A stretch of DNA of 63,981 nt, counting the filler, from Octopus bimaculoides (lineage: Eukaryota): assembly GCF_001194135.2 (NCBI RefSeq). It is 5 parts of 5 records of this genome, joined end to end, with 100 filler letters (N's around TTAATTAATTAA, not from the genome) between each part and the next. Parts side by side here need not be neighbours in the genome. Positions count along the whole stretch, not along the records: positions 1 to 17,916 come from NC_069005.1; 4 more parts are not named here. The stretch is one strand, 5' to 3'. The translations under genes and the position numbers were made by a program. The notes below the pieces were generated by a model. The model had not been told where the DNA came from. It ran no database searches and was given only the letters and a program-made list of their open reading frames with translations. Shown here piece after piece: positions 1 to 13,029 of this stretch (position 1 is the first letter of the stretch; the number at the start of each line of letters is the position of its first letter).

Positions 1-5
1 ATATA

Positions 6-44
<39 letters not shown>

Positions 45-190
45 GCGTTCGTGTGTGCGTGCACGTACCTGCAAGCGTGCATGAGCTTGCCTTCATGCGT
101 GCCTCTGTGTGTGTGTGTGTGTGTCTGTGTGTGTGTGTCTTTCTGTCTGTGTGTGTGTGTGTGCGTGCGTGTGAGCGTGTGTGTGTCTTT
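1..190. repeat. (AT)n followed by degenerate (GT)n microsatellite
   Basis: Directly visible dinucleotide runs. Confidence 0.95.
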
Positions 191-570
191 TTGACTATGC
201 TTGTCCCAAAAACAATCACTTAACCGATATTCATTTTGTTTAAGACCCCGTAACATAGCGGTTCGATGCATGCATTCGATAAAACATGTACCAGACATAA
301 AACAAGACTCCATCGGTCCGTGGAAAGACTCTTCAAGACAGTGCTCCAGCATGGCCGTAGTTCAATGATTGACAGAAATAAAAGGGGTGAAAAATTACGT
401 TCACCTATCGATTTACGTCGTTCAGAGAGTTATAAATTGTCATGGGAGACAACTCTTCAAGGCCTTGTTAATTAACATATGTAAGTCACCTCCCTTGAGA
501 AAGTCCAGAAAGATAATTTTTATGCGTGTGAATCTAACGATATTGCATTCATCAATATTTAATGTCACAT

Positions 571-632
571 CGTATTCAGTATAAGTTTTTTTTTCCTTAT
601 TCTGTTTATTATAATGTGTTTGTCAAGTCATT
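571..632 (+). repeat. about 61-bp direct repeat, copy 1 (copy 2 at 2810-2870) flanking the ACGT satellite
   Basis: cgtattcagtataagtttt...tgtttattataatgtgtttgtcaagtcatt occurs at both sites; copy 2 runs into an N gap. Confidence 0.9.
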
Positions 633-689
633 CAATGATATTTCGTTACAATTTGCTGTACNNNNNNNNNNACTTCGCAACTATGTGTT

Positions 690-2810
690 TGTGTGCACAA
701 AAGAACGAACGAACGTACGTACGTATGTACAAATGAACGAACGTATATATGTACGTACGTACGAACGAACGTACGTACAAATGAACGTACGTACGAACGA
801 ACGTACGTACGTACGAACGTACGTACGAATGGCCGAACGAACGACGGAACGTACGTACGAACGAGCGAAAGTACGAACGTACGTACTTCCGAAGGAAATA
901 ACGAAAGAACGTATGGACGAACGAACGTACGTACGAACGAACGTACGTACGAACGAACGTAATTACGAACGAACGTATGTACGCACAAACGAACGTACGT
1001 ACGAACGAATGTACGTATGTATTACGAAAGAACGTACTTACGTACGAACGAATGAATGAACGTACGCACGAGCGAGTGATCGAACGTACAAACGTACGTT
1101 CGTACGGTCGAATTTACGTACGTACGAACGAACGAACATACGTACGAACGAACGTACGTACGAGCGAACGTACGTACGAACGAACGTACGTACGAACGAA
1201 CGTAATGTACGTACGTACGTATTAAGAAAGAACGTACCTACGTACGAACGAACGGACCAGTGAAAGAACGAACGAATGAACGTACGCACGAGTGAATGAT
1301 CGAACGTACGAACGAATTTACGTACGTACGAACGAAAGACCGAACGAATGAACGTATGTACGTGCGTACGTACGAACGAGCGAATGAAACAACGAACAAA
1401 CGAACGTACGTTTGTACGTACGTTCATACGTACGAATGAACGAACGAACCAAACAACCAACGAACGTATGTACGTACGTATGTACGAACGTACGAACGAA
1501 CTAACGAATGAACTTACGTACGAACGAACAAATATCGTACGTACGTAATTACGTATGTACGATCGAACGAACCAACCAACCAACCAACGAACGTACGTAC
1601 GTACGAACGAAGGAGCGATCGAACGCAAGAACGAACGGAGGAACGTACCTTCGTACGAATGAAATTACGAACGAACGTACGTACGAACGAACGTACGTAC
1701 GAACATACGTACGAACGAACGTACGAACGAGCGTACGTACGTAAGCACGATCAAACGAACGTACGTACGTACCTACGAACTAACGATCGAACAAACAAAA
1801 GAAAGAACGGATGAAGGAACGAACGAACGAACGATTGAACGAACGAACCAACGAACGTACGAACGAATGTACGTATGTATTACGAAAGAACGTACTTACG
1901 TACGAACGAATTTACGTACGTACGAACGAACGAACGTACGTACGAACGAACGTACGTACGAACGAACGTACGTACGAGCGAACGTACGTACGAACGTACG
2001 TACGAACGCACGTACGAACGTACGTACGAACGAACGAACGTATGTACGTACGTACGTATTAAGAAAGAACGTACCTACGTACGAACGAACGGACCAGTGA
2101 ATGAACGAACGAATTAACGTACGCACGAGTGAATGATCGAACGTACGAACGAATTTACGTACGTACGAACGAAAGACCGAACGAATGAACGTATGTACGT
2201 GCGTACGTACAAACGAGCGAATGAAACAACGAACAAACGAACGTACGTTTGTACGTACGTTCAAACGTACGAATGAACGATCGAACGTAAGTACGTACGA
2301 ACATACGAACCAAACAACCAACGAACATATGTACGTACGTATGTACGAACGTACGAACGAACGACCGAACGGTCGAAGGCACGAACGAAAGGACGAACGA
2401 ACGATCTTACGTACGTACGTACATACGAACGAACGAACGAAAGAACTAGCTAACGAACCTACGTACGTAGATAAGTGCGTATGAACCAACGGTCGAACGA
2501 AAGAATGTACGTACGAACGTAAATACGTACCTAAGTACGTACATACGAATGAACAAACGAACGTACATACGTACGAATGAACGAACGAACGAACTAAAGA
2601 ATGAACCAACGAAAGAACCAACGAACGTACGTACGTACGTACAAATGAACGACCGAACGTACGTACATACCTACGAATGAACGAACGAAATAACGAACGA
2701 ATGAAAGAACGAACAAACGAAAGAGCGAAAGTACGTAGGTACGAAAAAACGAACGAACGTACGAATTAACGAACAAACGTACGTACGAATGCACGTTCGT
2801 AAGTACGTAC
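690..2810. repeat. ACGT/ACGA tetranucleotide satellite with about 840-bp higher-order duplication
   Basis: Continuous ACGT/ACGA/ATGA variants. Marker strings recur at offsets 837-858 (1003/1861, 1221/2058, 1287/2124). Confidence 0.95.
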
Positions 2811-3818
2811 GTATTCAGTATAAGTTTTTTTTTCTTATCCTGTTTATTATAATGTGTTTGTCAAGTCATTNNNNNNNNNNNNNNNNNNNNNNNNNNNNNN
2901 NNNNNNNNNNNNNNNNNNNNNNNNNNNNNNNNNNNNNNNNNNNNNNNNNNNNNNNNNNNNNNNNNNNNNNNNNNNNNNNNNNNNNNNNNNNNNNNNNNNN
3001 NNNNNNNNNNNNNNNNNNNNNNNNNNNNNNNNNNNNNNNNNNNNNNNNNNNNNNNNNNNNNNNNNNNNNNNNNNNNNNNNNNNNNNNNNNNNNNNNNNNN
3101 NNNNNNNNNNNNNNNNNNNNNNNNNNNNNNNNNNNNNNNNNNNNNNNNNNNNNNNNNNNNNNNNNNNNNNNNNNNNNNNNNNNNNNNNNNNNNNNNNNNN
3201 NNNNNNNNNNNNNNNNNNNNNNNNNNNNNNNNNNNNNNNNNNNNNNNNNNNNNNNNNNNNNNNNNNNNNNNNNNNNNNNNNNNNNNNNNNNNNNNNNNNN
3301 NNNNNNNNNNNNNNNNNNNNNNNNNNNNNNNNNNNNNNNNNNNNNNNNNNNNNNNNNNNNNNNNNNNNNNNNNNNNNNNNNNNNNNNNNNNNNNNNNNNN
3401 NNNNNNNNNNNNNNNNNNNNNNNNNNNNNNNNNNNNNNNNNNNNNNNNNNNNNNNNNNNNNNNNNNNNNNNNNNNNNNNNNNNNNNNNNNNNNNNNNNNN
3501 NNNNNNNNNNNNNNNNNNNNNNNNNNNNNNNNNNNNNNNNNNNNNNNNNNNNNNNNNNNNNNNNNNNNNNNNNNNNNNNNNNNNNNNNNNNNNNNNNNNN
3601 NNNNNNNNNNNNNNNNNNNNNNNNNNNNNNNNNNNNNNNNNNNNNNNNNNNNNNNNNNNNNNNNNNNNNNNNNNNNNNNNNNNNNNNNNNNNNNNNNNNN
3701 NNNNNNNNNNNNNNNNNNNNNNNNNNNNNNNNNNNNNNNNNNNNNNNNNNNNNNNNNNNNNNNNNNNNNNNNNNNNNNNNNNNNNNNNNNNNNNNNNNNN
3801 NNNNNNNNNNNNGGGGGG

Positions 3819-3920
3819 GGGCGATAAAATAAGTACCAGTTACGTACTGTGGTCTATGCAATTGACTCAACCTAACCCCCCCTCCCACAATATTGCTGGC
3901 CTTGTGCCGAAATTTGAAAC
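3819..3920 (+). mobile_element. SINE family B 3' fragment
   Basis: gataaaataagtaccagtt...ggccttgtgccgaaatttgaaacc matches the 3' part of the units at 24.2-30.1 kb. Confidence 0.65.
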
Positions 3921-4304
3921 CGATATTTCCACTTGCTGTTTGCGCGTTAGCTGATCGCATTCTTTATCGAAATATTCTGGCTTCTCAATATTTCTATTTC
4001 GACCAACATTTTCCCAGCATTTTTACGCTTAGGTAACATTTGAAATATCTTCCACGTTTGATGGAAAGCCGCCCCCATAGAAGCTAAGTTGTATCTCTAT
4101 TATTCCTTTTCTGCCTCTTTCACGAAATTAAATTTCGCAGACGATTAAACGAATCATAAAACTGGAAATGAATTTAACGAGAATGGAGAATGTCAAGGTT
4201 AATTAATTAAGATCCTAATTGCTTCATGGTGTGCTTTTGTTTATTTTCTTACTCTTAGTTTTAATTAAGGTGGGAGAAGTTGCATATTCTTCCGGGAGTC
4301 TTTT

Positions 4305-4495
4305 ACGAGTTTATTGATATACTTAGGCGCAGACGCATGTATGTGTGTGTAGAGTTAAGAAGCTGGCTCCCCAGCCATGTGATCTTGAGTTCAGTCCTAC
4401 TGCGCGTCACTTTGAGCAAGTGTTTTCTATTATAAACCCGAGTACAGCCTTGTGAGTGGATTTGGTAGACGGAAACTGGAAGAAGCCTCTCATAT
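4305..4495 (+). mobile_element. SINE family A, 5' half
   Basis: Matches 30961-31135 (B-box-like gagttcagtcc; ccttgtgagtggatttggtagacggaaactggaagaagcc). Confidence 0.8.
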
Positions 4496-6329
4496 GTGTG
4501 TGTGTGTGCTTGCATGTGTCTGTGTGTGCACGCGTTTGTGTGTGCTCGCGTGCATGTGTGTGTATGTGTGTGTGTGTGTCCGTGCCTGTCTGCGTGTGCA
4601 TGCGTGTGTGTGTGTGTGTGTGTGTGCTTGTGTGCGTGTGTACGTGTATATATGTGTGTGAAAGTGTGTGTGTGTGTCTGTTCATCTGTATGTGTGTTCA
4701 TGCATGTATGTATAATCGCGCAAATAATTAGTGCAGCAAACTATCTCATTGTTATACATGTGCAACAAGACTGCAAATTGCTAATTAGCTGGTCAGTTCT
4801 AATTGATGACACCTCCAGTTACACACCTACCACCGACACATGCATACACACACTCACACACACACATACATACACACACAAACAATCACATACTACTCCT
4901 ACTCACTGTACTCACCTACCACACCCACACCCACACATACACACTTGCATACACACACACACATGTATTTGATGACATACAGCCAACCACCTCACCATCC
5001 GTGCAGCCAGCCAGTCAATTAATGAACCAATTAACTAGAAAACCATCCATCTCGGCAAACAGACAAAACGCTGTTCGCACACGCGCTCGCGCGCACACAC
5101 TCACGCACACACACGCACGCACACATACGTACAAATACACAGACATAATCATATATATATATATGTATATATATGTACACACACACACGCACAAACGCAA
5201 ATACACACACATACTCATATATATATATATGTATATATATGTACACACANNNNNNNNNNNNNNNNNNNNNNNNNNNNNNNNNNNNNNNNNNNNNNNNNNN
5301 NNNNNNNNNNNNNNNNNNNNNNNNNNNNNNNNNNNNNNNNNNNNNNNNNTATATAAATATGTAGATGTATGTATATATATATACACACACACATACGCAC
5401 CCGTACACATATGCACATACATACAAACACAAATGCGTTCACACAACAGATACAAACAGATATTCATACAACTTTTATACCTGTTAGACAAGAATGACCA
5501 CCACTGATGAAAAATTACTTTTCTTCCTGGATCTTCCCTTCTTAGCATTTTTCTTTTAAATCCAGCCTCGGATTTACTATTTTCGTTTTGTTTTCTTCCC
5601 GATACGGCATTCATTATCACACAATGCCATCGGGTGATCGATCTATACAGAACTTTGATTGTGTATTTCTATATGCCGAGTGAATCCGGATCGGTTGGAA
5701 ATGGATTAGCAACTGTGAACTGATTGTTTTCAACTTGAGGCCTTTCAGACATACATATATACATACATGATGGCTGCAAGCTCGTGTTCGCGTTTGACCA
5801 CCGCCTGATCGAAAGTCCCACACATGTGAAGGCTACGTCCACCAATTTTGGTAATGGGTCTTACTTTTAACCCCCCCCCCCACACACACACACACAAGCG
5901 ACGCCTGTACATAATGATTGTTTATAGTGGGAAGGATTTGCACAGATCCAATCCCATTCTCCGAACATGAACAACACAAACTCGGAAAGAAGATCTAATC
6001 TGCATCATCGAATATGCTCAGTGTTGCAGGTTTTCTCTCAGAGTTTATCTCTCCTAGAGAGATGCTGTGACAACAACAGAGGGATCTCCCTCTCCCAAGT
6101 GAGCTATGGCGTATGGTCTGGGGAACGTGCAGGAAATTCAACGCTACCTCTCCTCCCAATCCATTTGTTTGGATTTGTTGCATCGAGGTAAGCCGGTACA
6201 TCACAAAAAAGAACAATACATTAGTAATCGTCTGTCAAAGTGTGAGTACATCTTATTGGGAACACCCTGTATATACCAAGCTAATGCCCTAGTATGGCCA
6301 CAGTCTAACGACTGAAACAAGTAGAAGTT

Positions 6330-6361
<32 letters not shown>

Positions 6362-6826
6362 GTATGCATGTCGTTAATATGCGTTCAGTGTCAGCAAAGT
6401 CCGAGTAAAGTTACGTTTAAAACCGGTTTCCTATCAATCAACACAATGTGACTTAAGAAATATTTTATTATCTCAGCTAAGTACAAAAGAAACTTACGAA
6501 AAGATGTGACCTATTTCGCTTTCCTTTTGTCTATACATGCCGAACCAAACAGGTTTTTTTTTGTTTGTTTGTTTGTTTGTTTTCCTTATTTTTCAAGTTC
6601 ACGCGTGAGTTCATCGGAATGGATTCTAGTAAAACGAACGATAGTAAACGAACGAAAGGTTTTTGTCACTAAAATAGTACAAGATTCCTATCAAATATTG
6701 ATTTTTTGCATTGAACTGCCTTCATAGAATAATTCTTATCTTTTTTCTCACCGCAAGGACTCAAAATGCCTGCATACGTAAGTATGTATATCCTCTTCTT
6801 TTCTTTTTTACCTTGAATGTGAAATA

Positions 6827-6942
6827 CTTACAGCAGCTAGGTTTCTCAAACGGTCACCCATATAAAAACTAACTCAGCTCTATGTTGCTTTATTTGGGTT
6901 CTCGGACGAACATGGTGCATTCAACGTGATATGGCCATGTGC
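6827..6942 (-). pseudogene. 5S rRNA pseudogene
   Basis: Reverse complement ggccatatcacgttgaatgcaccatgttcgtccgagaacccaaataaagcaacatagagctgagttagtttttatatgggtgaccgtttgagaaacctagctgctgtaa aligns over full length to the metazoan 5S consensus as I recall it, with many substitutions. Confidence 0.85.
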
Positions 6943-7029
6943 ATATATATATATGATAAAGAGATAAATAAATTGGAAATGAATTACAATCTTTACAATC
7001 CTATGACCCCACCATGCTCTATGGCTGCG

Positions 7030-7139
<110 letters not shown>

Positions 7140-7469
7140 CAAAATTTTAATTTAAAAGAGAGTTTTGACGCTGATATCCATTATTATTGTAATTTATTCC
7201 TATGTCAACATTTCTGTATAAGGCTATATTCAACTGTCAAATTCAAGTCAAACATATAATTTACCTTACACATCTTCAGGAAAAAAAGTTAAAGAACAAA
7301 TGTAAACACCAAAAACATCGTCTCTAAGTCCAGTTCATATTCAAATTTCCCCTTAAATAACTCGTTAAATAAATTCCTCCTTNNNNNNNNNNTCATATGA
7401 ACAAATATATATATATATATGTAGGTATGTATGTATATACGTATGTGTGTGTGTGTGTATCACTATATG

Positions 7470-7665
7470 CGTGTGTTTGTGCTTGTCCACGTATTACTGC
7501 TTGACAACTAGTGCTGGTGTGTTTACGTTCCCGTAACTTTGCGGTTCAGCAAAAAAGAAAGAGACTAGGTTAAAACAAATTAGTCCTGGGAGCGATTTGT
7601 TCGACTAAAACCCTTCAAGGATGTGCTCCAGCATGGCCGCAGTCAAATGCTGAAAGAAGTAAACG
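7470..7665 (+). mobile_element. SINE family A, 3' half
   Basis: cttgacaactagtgctggtgtgtttacg...gtgctccagcatggccgcagtcaaatg matches 31177-31335. Confidence 0.8.
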
Positions 7666-8034
7666 AACAATCAAACGACAGCTAGTGCTAAGCCGTGCTT
7701 CAAATTCCAATCATATCGATCGGGCAGCCATTTATGATAGCCTCTGTTAATAATTGGTTGACTGTGGTTTAGGACAGAACCATATCGATCCGAACATTTT
7801 ATTCCCGATAGCGTGGTGAACTAATTTATGAACTTTGACCTGAGACTGGCCGACACTGATCTGGTAACATCTGGTTCTATGCATTACAATCTAATTATTG
7901 TTAGCGTTGGTTCGGAAATCAGCTCTTTATGAGAGGGCGCCATATCATGACGGACACGTATTACATACAACACCCTCTTGCGTAGTAAACTCACTATGTG
8001 GACAACCCCATTCACTAGATGTCTGACACGCGCA

Positions 8035-8231
8035 CACTTGTTTCAGTCATTTCACCACGGACATGCTGGAGCACCGCCTTTAGTCGAGCAAATCGATTCC
8101 CAGGACTTATTCTTTGTAAGCCTGGTACTTATTCCATCGGTGTCATTTGCCGGACCACTATGTTATGGGGGCGTAAACAAATTAAATCGGTTGTCAAGTG
8201 ATGGTGGGGGTACAAACACATCCGCACAAAC

Positions 8232-8276
<45 letters not shown>

Positions 8277-8434
8277 TACGACGAGCTTCTTTCAGTTTCC
8301 GTCTAGCAAATCCACTCACAAGGCTTTGGTTGGCCCGAGGCTGTAGTAGAAGACACTTACCTAAAGAGCCACGCAGTGGGACTGAACCCGAAATCATGTG
8401 GTTGGGAAGCAAGCTTCTTACCACAGCAACGCCT
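8035..8434 (-). mobile_element. SINE family A, near full length
   Basis: Reverse complement of 30961-31359, with internal (TA)n. Confidence 0.9.
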
Positions 8435-8564
8435 TGAACATATTACAAAGGATCAAGGAAATAAAAACACAAAAGTCGTTAGACTTTCAGTATCTGTAAA
8501 GATATTTTATTTAGCGAATATATTTATTGAAAATAATAATGAATATGATGATGATGATGGCGGC

Positions 8565-8606
<42 letters not shown>

Positions 8607-9059
8607 NNNNNNNNNNNNNNNNNNNNNNNNNNNNNNNNNNNNNNNNNNNNNNNNNNNNNNNNNNNNNNNNNNNNNNNNNNNNNNNNNNNNNNNNNNNNNN
8701 NNNNNNTTCTATCTAGACGTTTCGAAGACAAGACAGAACGTACTCTAGAATAGTATATGTGGGCAGGCGTGGCTGTGTGTAAGCACCGTGCTTCCCACTG
8801 TGTGGCACCTTGGGCAAGTGTCTTCTACTATAGCCCTAGGCCAATCACTACTAACCATTACTAGTACTATTACAACTACCACCATCATTACTACTACTAC
8901 TACTACTACTACTACAACCACCACCAGCACTATCACTACCACTAACACCCCAACAACAACTACCATAGCACCACCACCACCACTACAACCGCTACCATCA
9001 CCACCACCACCACCGCTGCTACTACCACCACCATCACCAGCAACAGCAAATATTTTCTT

Positions 9060-9150
9060 CCGGTTTCCAGATTTCTGACAAGCTTCCTATTAACTACTTC
9101 CGGCTACTTCCGGTTTACGAGAATAATGTCTACCATATTTTTAACTTTAC
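9060..9150 (+). repeat. about 90-bp diverged direct repeat, copy 1 (copy 2 at 10383-10470)
   Basis: cggtttccagatttc(t/a)gaca...actacttccgg(c/t)tacttccg(g/a)t(t/c)tacgagaata at both sites. Confidence 0.85.
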
Positions 9151-9630
9151 GCAAACGATGGAGTCTCTGTGTGGACGCCCGATGTGCTAGAAATATCAAC
9201 CAAATCTCCACCACGCTATTATATTATTATTATTATTATTATTTTGGTTTTTCTTTTAATGATACATTTGTTGTTGTAGTCCATGGTACATAATGCCTGA
9301 ATCAGAAACACACAACAGCTACGACTACTACCACCACCACCACCACCACCACCACCACTACTACTAGTACCACTACCATCACCACTACTACTACCACCAC
9401 CAATTACTACTACCACCACTATCACTACTACTACAACCACCATCACTACTACTACTACTACCACCACCACCACCACCACCACCATCACTACTACTATTAC
9501 TACTACTACTACCACCACCACCACTACCACCATCACTACTACCACGACGACGACCACCGCCACCACCACCTGTAGCACCGAAACAACTAACCTTTGGCAC
9601 GATTATTACAACACCTAACCCCACTGTCAC

Positions 9631-10165
9631 CACTACAGCTAATAGCAACACTACGACTGCTACTACTACTACTACTACTACCACTACTACTACTATTATT
9701 ATTATTACTACCACCACCACCACCACTACCACCACTATCACCGCCACCACTACAGCTAATAGCAATACTACTACCACTACCACCACTACAGCTAATAGCA
9801 ATACTACTACCACTACCACCACTACCACCGCCACCACTACAGCTAATAGCAATACTACTACTGCTACTACTACTACTACTACTACTATTACTACCACCAC
9901 CACCACTACCGCCACTACCACCGCCACCACTACAGCTAATAGCAATACTACTACCACGACCACTACCACCTCCACCACTACAGCTAATAGCAATACTACT
10001 ACTACTACTACTATCACCACCACCACTACCACCACTATCACCGCCACCACTACAGCTAATAGCAATAACTACCACTAGCACCACCACCACCACAGCTAAT
10101 AGCAATACTACTACTACTACTACTACTTCCACCACTACCACCGCCACCACTACAGCTAATAGTAC
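9631..10165. repeat. minisatellite: nine ACAGCTAATAG(CAA) units embedded in ACC/ACT triplet runs
   Basis: Units start near 9631, 9748, 9784, 9835, 9928, 9976, 10048, 10091 and 10148. Confidence 0.9.
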
Positions 10166-10521
10166 TTTCTTCTATCCGTCTTACCACCAACAGCATCGGC
10201 AACATTCACAGTAAATTTTTAAAGTCACATTCCTCGAACACATTTACATCTAAAATTAATTAAATAGATAAATACGCGAAAATAAACAGATTTCCGCTGC
10301 GTGTTTTATTTTATTTATTTATTTTTTTTGCTGCGGTTGTTGTTGTTGGTGTTGTTCTTTTTTTTTTCCTTCATTTCTCCCTCGGTTTCCAGATTTCAGA
10401 CAGTTTTCCCTATTGACTACTTCCGGTTACTTCCGATCTACGAGAATAGAAGTCGGCCATATTCTTAGCTTTGTTACACAAAACATACATTAGCTGCAAT
10501 AAATACTTTCACTGCACCACC

Positions 10522-10620
<99 letters not shown>

Positions 10621-11508
10621 AATAGAACCGCTAAGCAAGTGATATGTATAACTATAAGACTTGTTACCAGTCCAAATATTCTTGCGACATATTCGAACCC
10701 GTAAGAATCTATTCNNNNNNNNNNNNNNNNNNNNNNNNNNNNNNNNNNNNNNNNNNNNNNNNNNNNNNNNNNNNNNNNNNNNNNNNNNNNNNNNNNNNNN
10801 NNNNNNNNNNNNNNNNNNNNNNNNNNNNNNNNNNNNNNNNNNNNNNNNNNNNNNNNNNNNNNNNNNNNNNNNNNNNNNNNNNNNNNNNNNNNNNNNNNNN
10901 NNNNNNNNNNNNNNNNNNNNNNNNNNNNNNNNNNNNNNNNNNNNNNNNNNNNNNNNNNNNNNNNNNNNNNNNNNNNNNNNNNNNNNNNNNNNNNNNNNNN
11001 NNNNNNNNNNNNNNNNNNNNNNNNNNNNNNNNNNNNNNNNNNNNNNNNNNNNNNNNNNNNNNNNNNNNNNNNNNNNNNNNNNNNNNNNNNNNNNNNNNNN
11101 NNNNNNNNNNNNNNNNNNNNNNNNNNNNNNNNNNNNNNNNNNNNNNNNNNNNNNNNNNNNNNNNNNNNNNNNNNNNNNNNNNNNNNNNNNNNNNNNNNNN
11201 NNNNNNNNNNNNNNNNNNNNNNNNNNNNNNNNNNNNATATATATAATGTATGTATATGTAATATCAATAATATATATATATATATGCATATATACATACA
11301 TATATATGTTTATTTACATGCAAATATGGGTACAGAACGTCAAAACAAACGTGAACAAAAGGAAAAACGAGAACATAAAAAAACAAAAAACATGGAAAAC
11401 GAACTTCTTTGGACAACGAAAGAAACAAACAGAGAAACGAGACAGGCAACATAAAGAACAATCCCTTCATCAGTTGTCCCCTGTTTTATCTACTCCGCGT
11501 TTCGAAGG

Positions 11509-11539
<31 letters not shown>

Positions 11540-11768
11540 CGAAGGTATATATGTGTGTGTGTTTATACATAGTTATATGTATGTGTTTGTGTGTGTACGT
11601 ATGCATGTGTGTATATAGATAGATGGACAGTTAGACAGAGATAAACAGATAGAGAGACAGATAGATGACAGAGAAATGAATGTTATGTTAGTGATAAGAC
11701 ATCTAATACAGAACAAAATGCTAAGTCGAATTAAATGTGTTTTTTATCTTCTAATAACCACACACACA

Positions 11769-11874
<106 letters not shown>

Positions 11875-11996
11875 ATATTTATGTTATAATTCTGAAAATA
11901 TATCAGGAATGTATTGCCAAGTGAGAAATTCACGGGAGTGCAAAACAAACTGGGGGCTAATCTTAGATAACCTGATATACGAATTTAGACATAACT

Positions 11997-12040
<44 letters not shown>

Positions 12041-12225
12041 AAACACACAAACACACAGATACACACAAGCGTGTATGTAATGTATGTAGGGCAGTTTATC
12101 AATGAACGTTATTAACCTAATTAGTAAGACATTGTATCGACACAAAATCATGTTCAAAGGTTTTTTTTTTTCAGCCTATTCATCATCACCAGCACCATTA
12201 CTATTGTCACTATCATCATCAGCAC

Positions 12226-12273
<48 letters not shown>

Positions 12274-12369
12274 CATCATCATCATTATCATTGTCAATGT
12301 TATTGAGGGAAAGATCAAAGCATGCCGTCAAATGACGATGTGGTATAAACATACGAAGCCCAATATACC

Positions 12370-12630
12370 CGTCTGATAAGGGTACACAGACATGGTGATT
12401 TCATATCAAGGTACACAGCGCATCACCTTGCAGGTGGGAGCCCAGTGAGAATTTTCCTCGGGTCGAGTAGCCCCATCCTGCTCAAAAGGTTTCTGAATAA
12501 AGGTTGTTTAAGGACGTTGAACGAAACACTCATGTTTCCAAAGGTGAATTATCCAAACACCAAAGAATTCCGCTCAACACATGGCTATGATGCTCCCCCA
12601 CTTCTGCTCATGATCAGAGATGTCACATAT
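12370..12630 (+). mobile_element. unclassified interspersed repeat (related piece at 38460-38585)
   Basis: Shared tacccgtctgata(a/c)gggtacac and catggtgat(t/c)tcatatcaag motifs. Confidence 0.55.
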
Positions 12631-12639
12631 TGTCAGTAC

Positions 12640-12730
12640 TGGGGGTCGATATAATCGATTAGCCCCCCACCACCAAAAATTTCAAGCCTTGTGCTTTTAG
12701 TAAAATGGATTATTATTATTGTTAATATTA

Positions 12731-12762
<32 letters not shown>

Positions 12763-13029
12763 GTAAGACGGTGAGCTTGACGGAATTGTTAGCACGCCGA
12801 GCACGATGCTCAGCGGTGTTTCGACCGTCTTTGCGGTCTAGGTTCAAATCTCGCCGGGGTCGACTTTTGCCTTTCGTGCCTATCGTGGATTGACAAAATA
12901 AGTACCAGTTGAACACTGGGGTCGATTTAATCGAGTCGATCTCGGCGGAATTTGAACGCAGAACGTGAATACGAACGAAAAACCACGAAGCATTTTGTCC
13001 GGCGTGCTTAATGATTCAGCTATCTTGCC
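12640..13029. mobile_element. SINE family B cluster: 3' piece + (ATT)n + plus-strand copy (12764-12935) + inverted head (12938-13029)
   Basis: A/B-box-like ggtgagcttgacgg and ggttcaaatc, then reverse-oriented ctcggcggaatttgaacgcagaacg. Confidence 0.8.

Noticed and set aside
562-2794. Many overlapping ORFs (YVRTNERT...)
   Set aside because: Translations of the ACGT/ACGA satellite, which lacks stops by composition.
2789-3960. Long ORFs containing X runs, here and at all other gaps
   Set aside because: Artefacts of N gaps.
11455-11510. CTGATGA and GAAACGCG on the minus strand suggesting another hammerhead
   Set aside because: No NUH site and no convincing stems.
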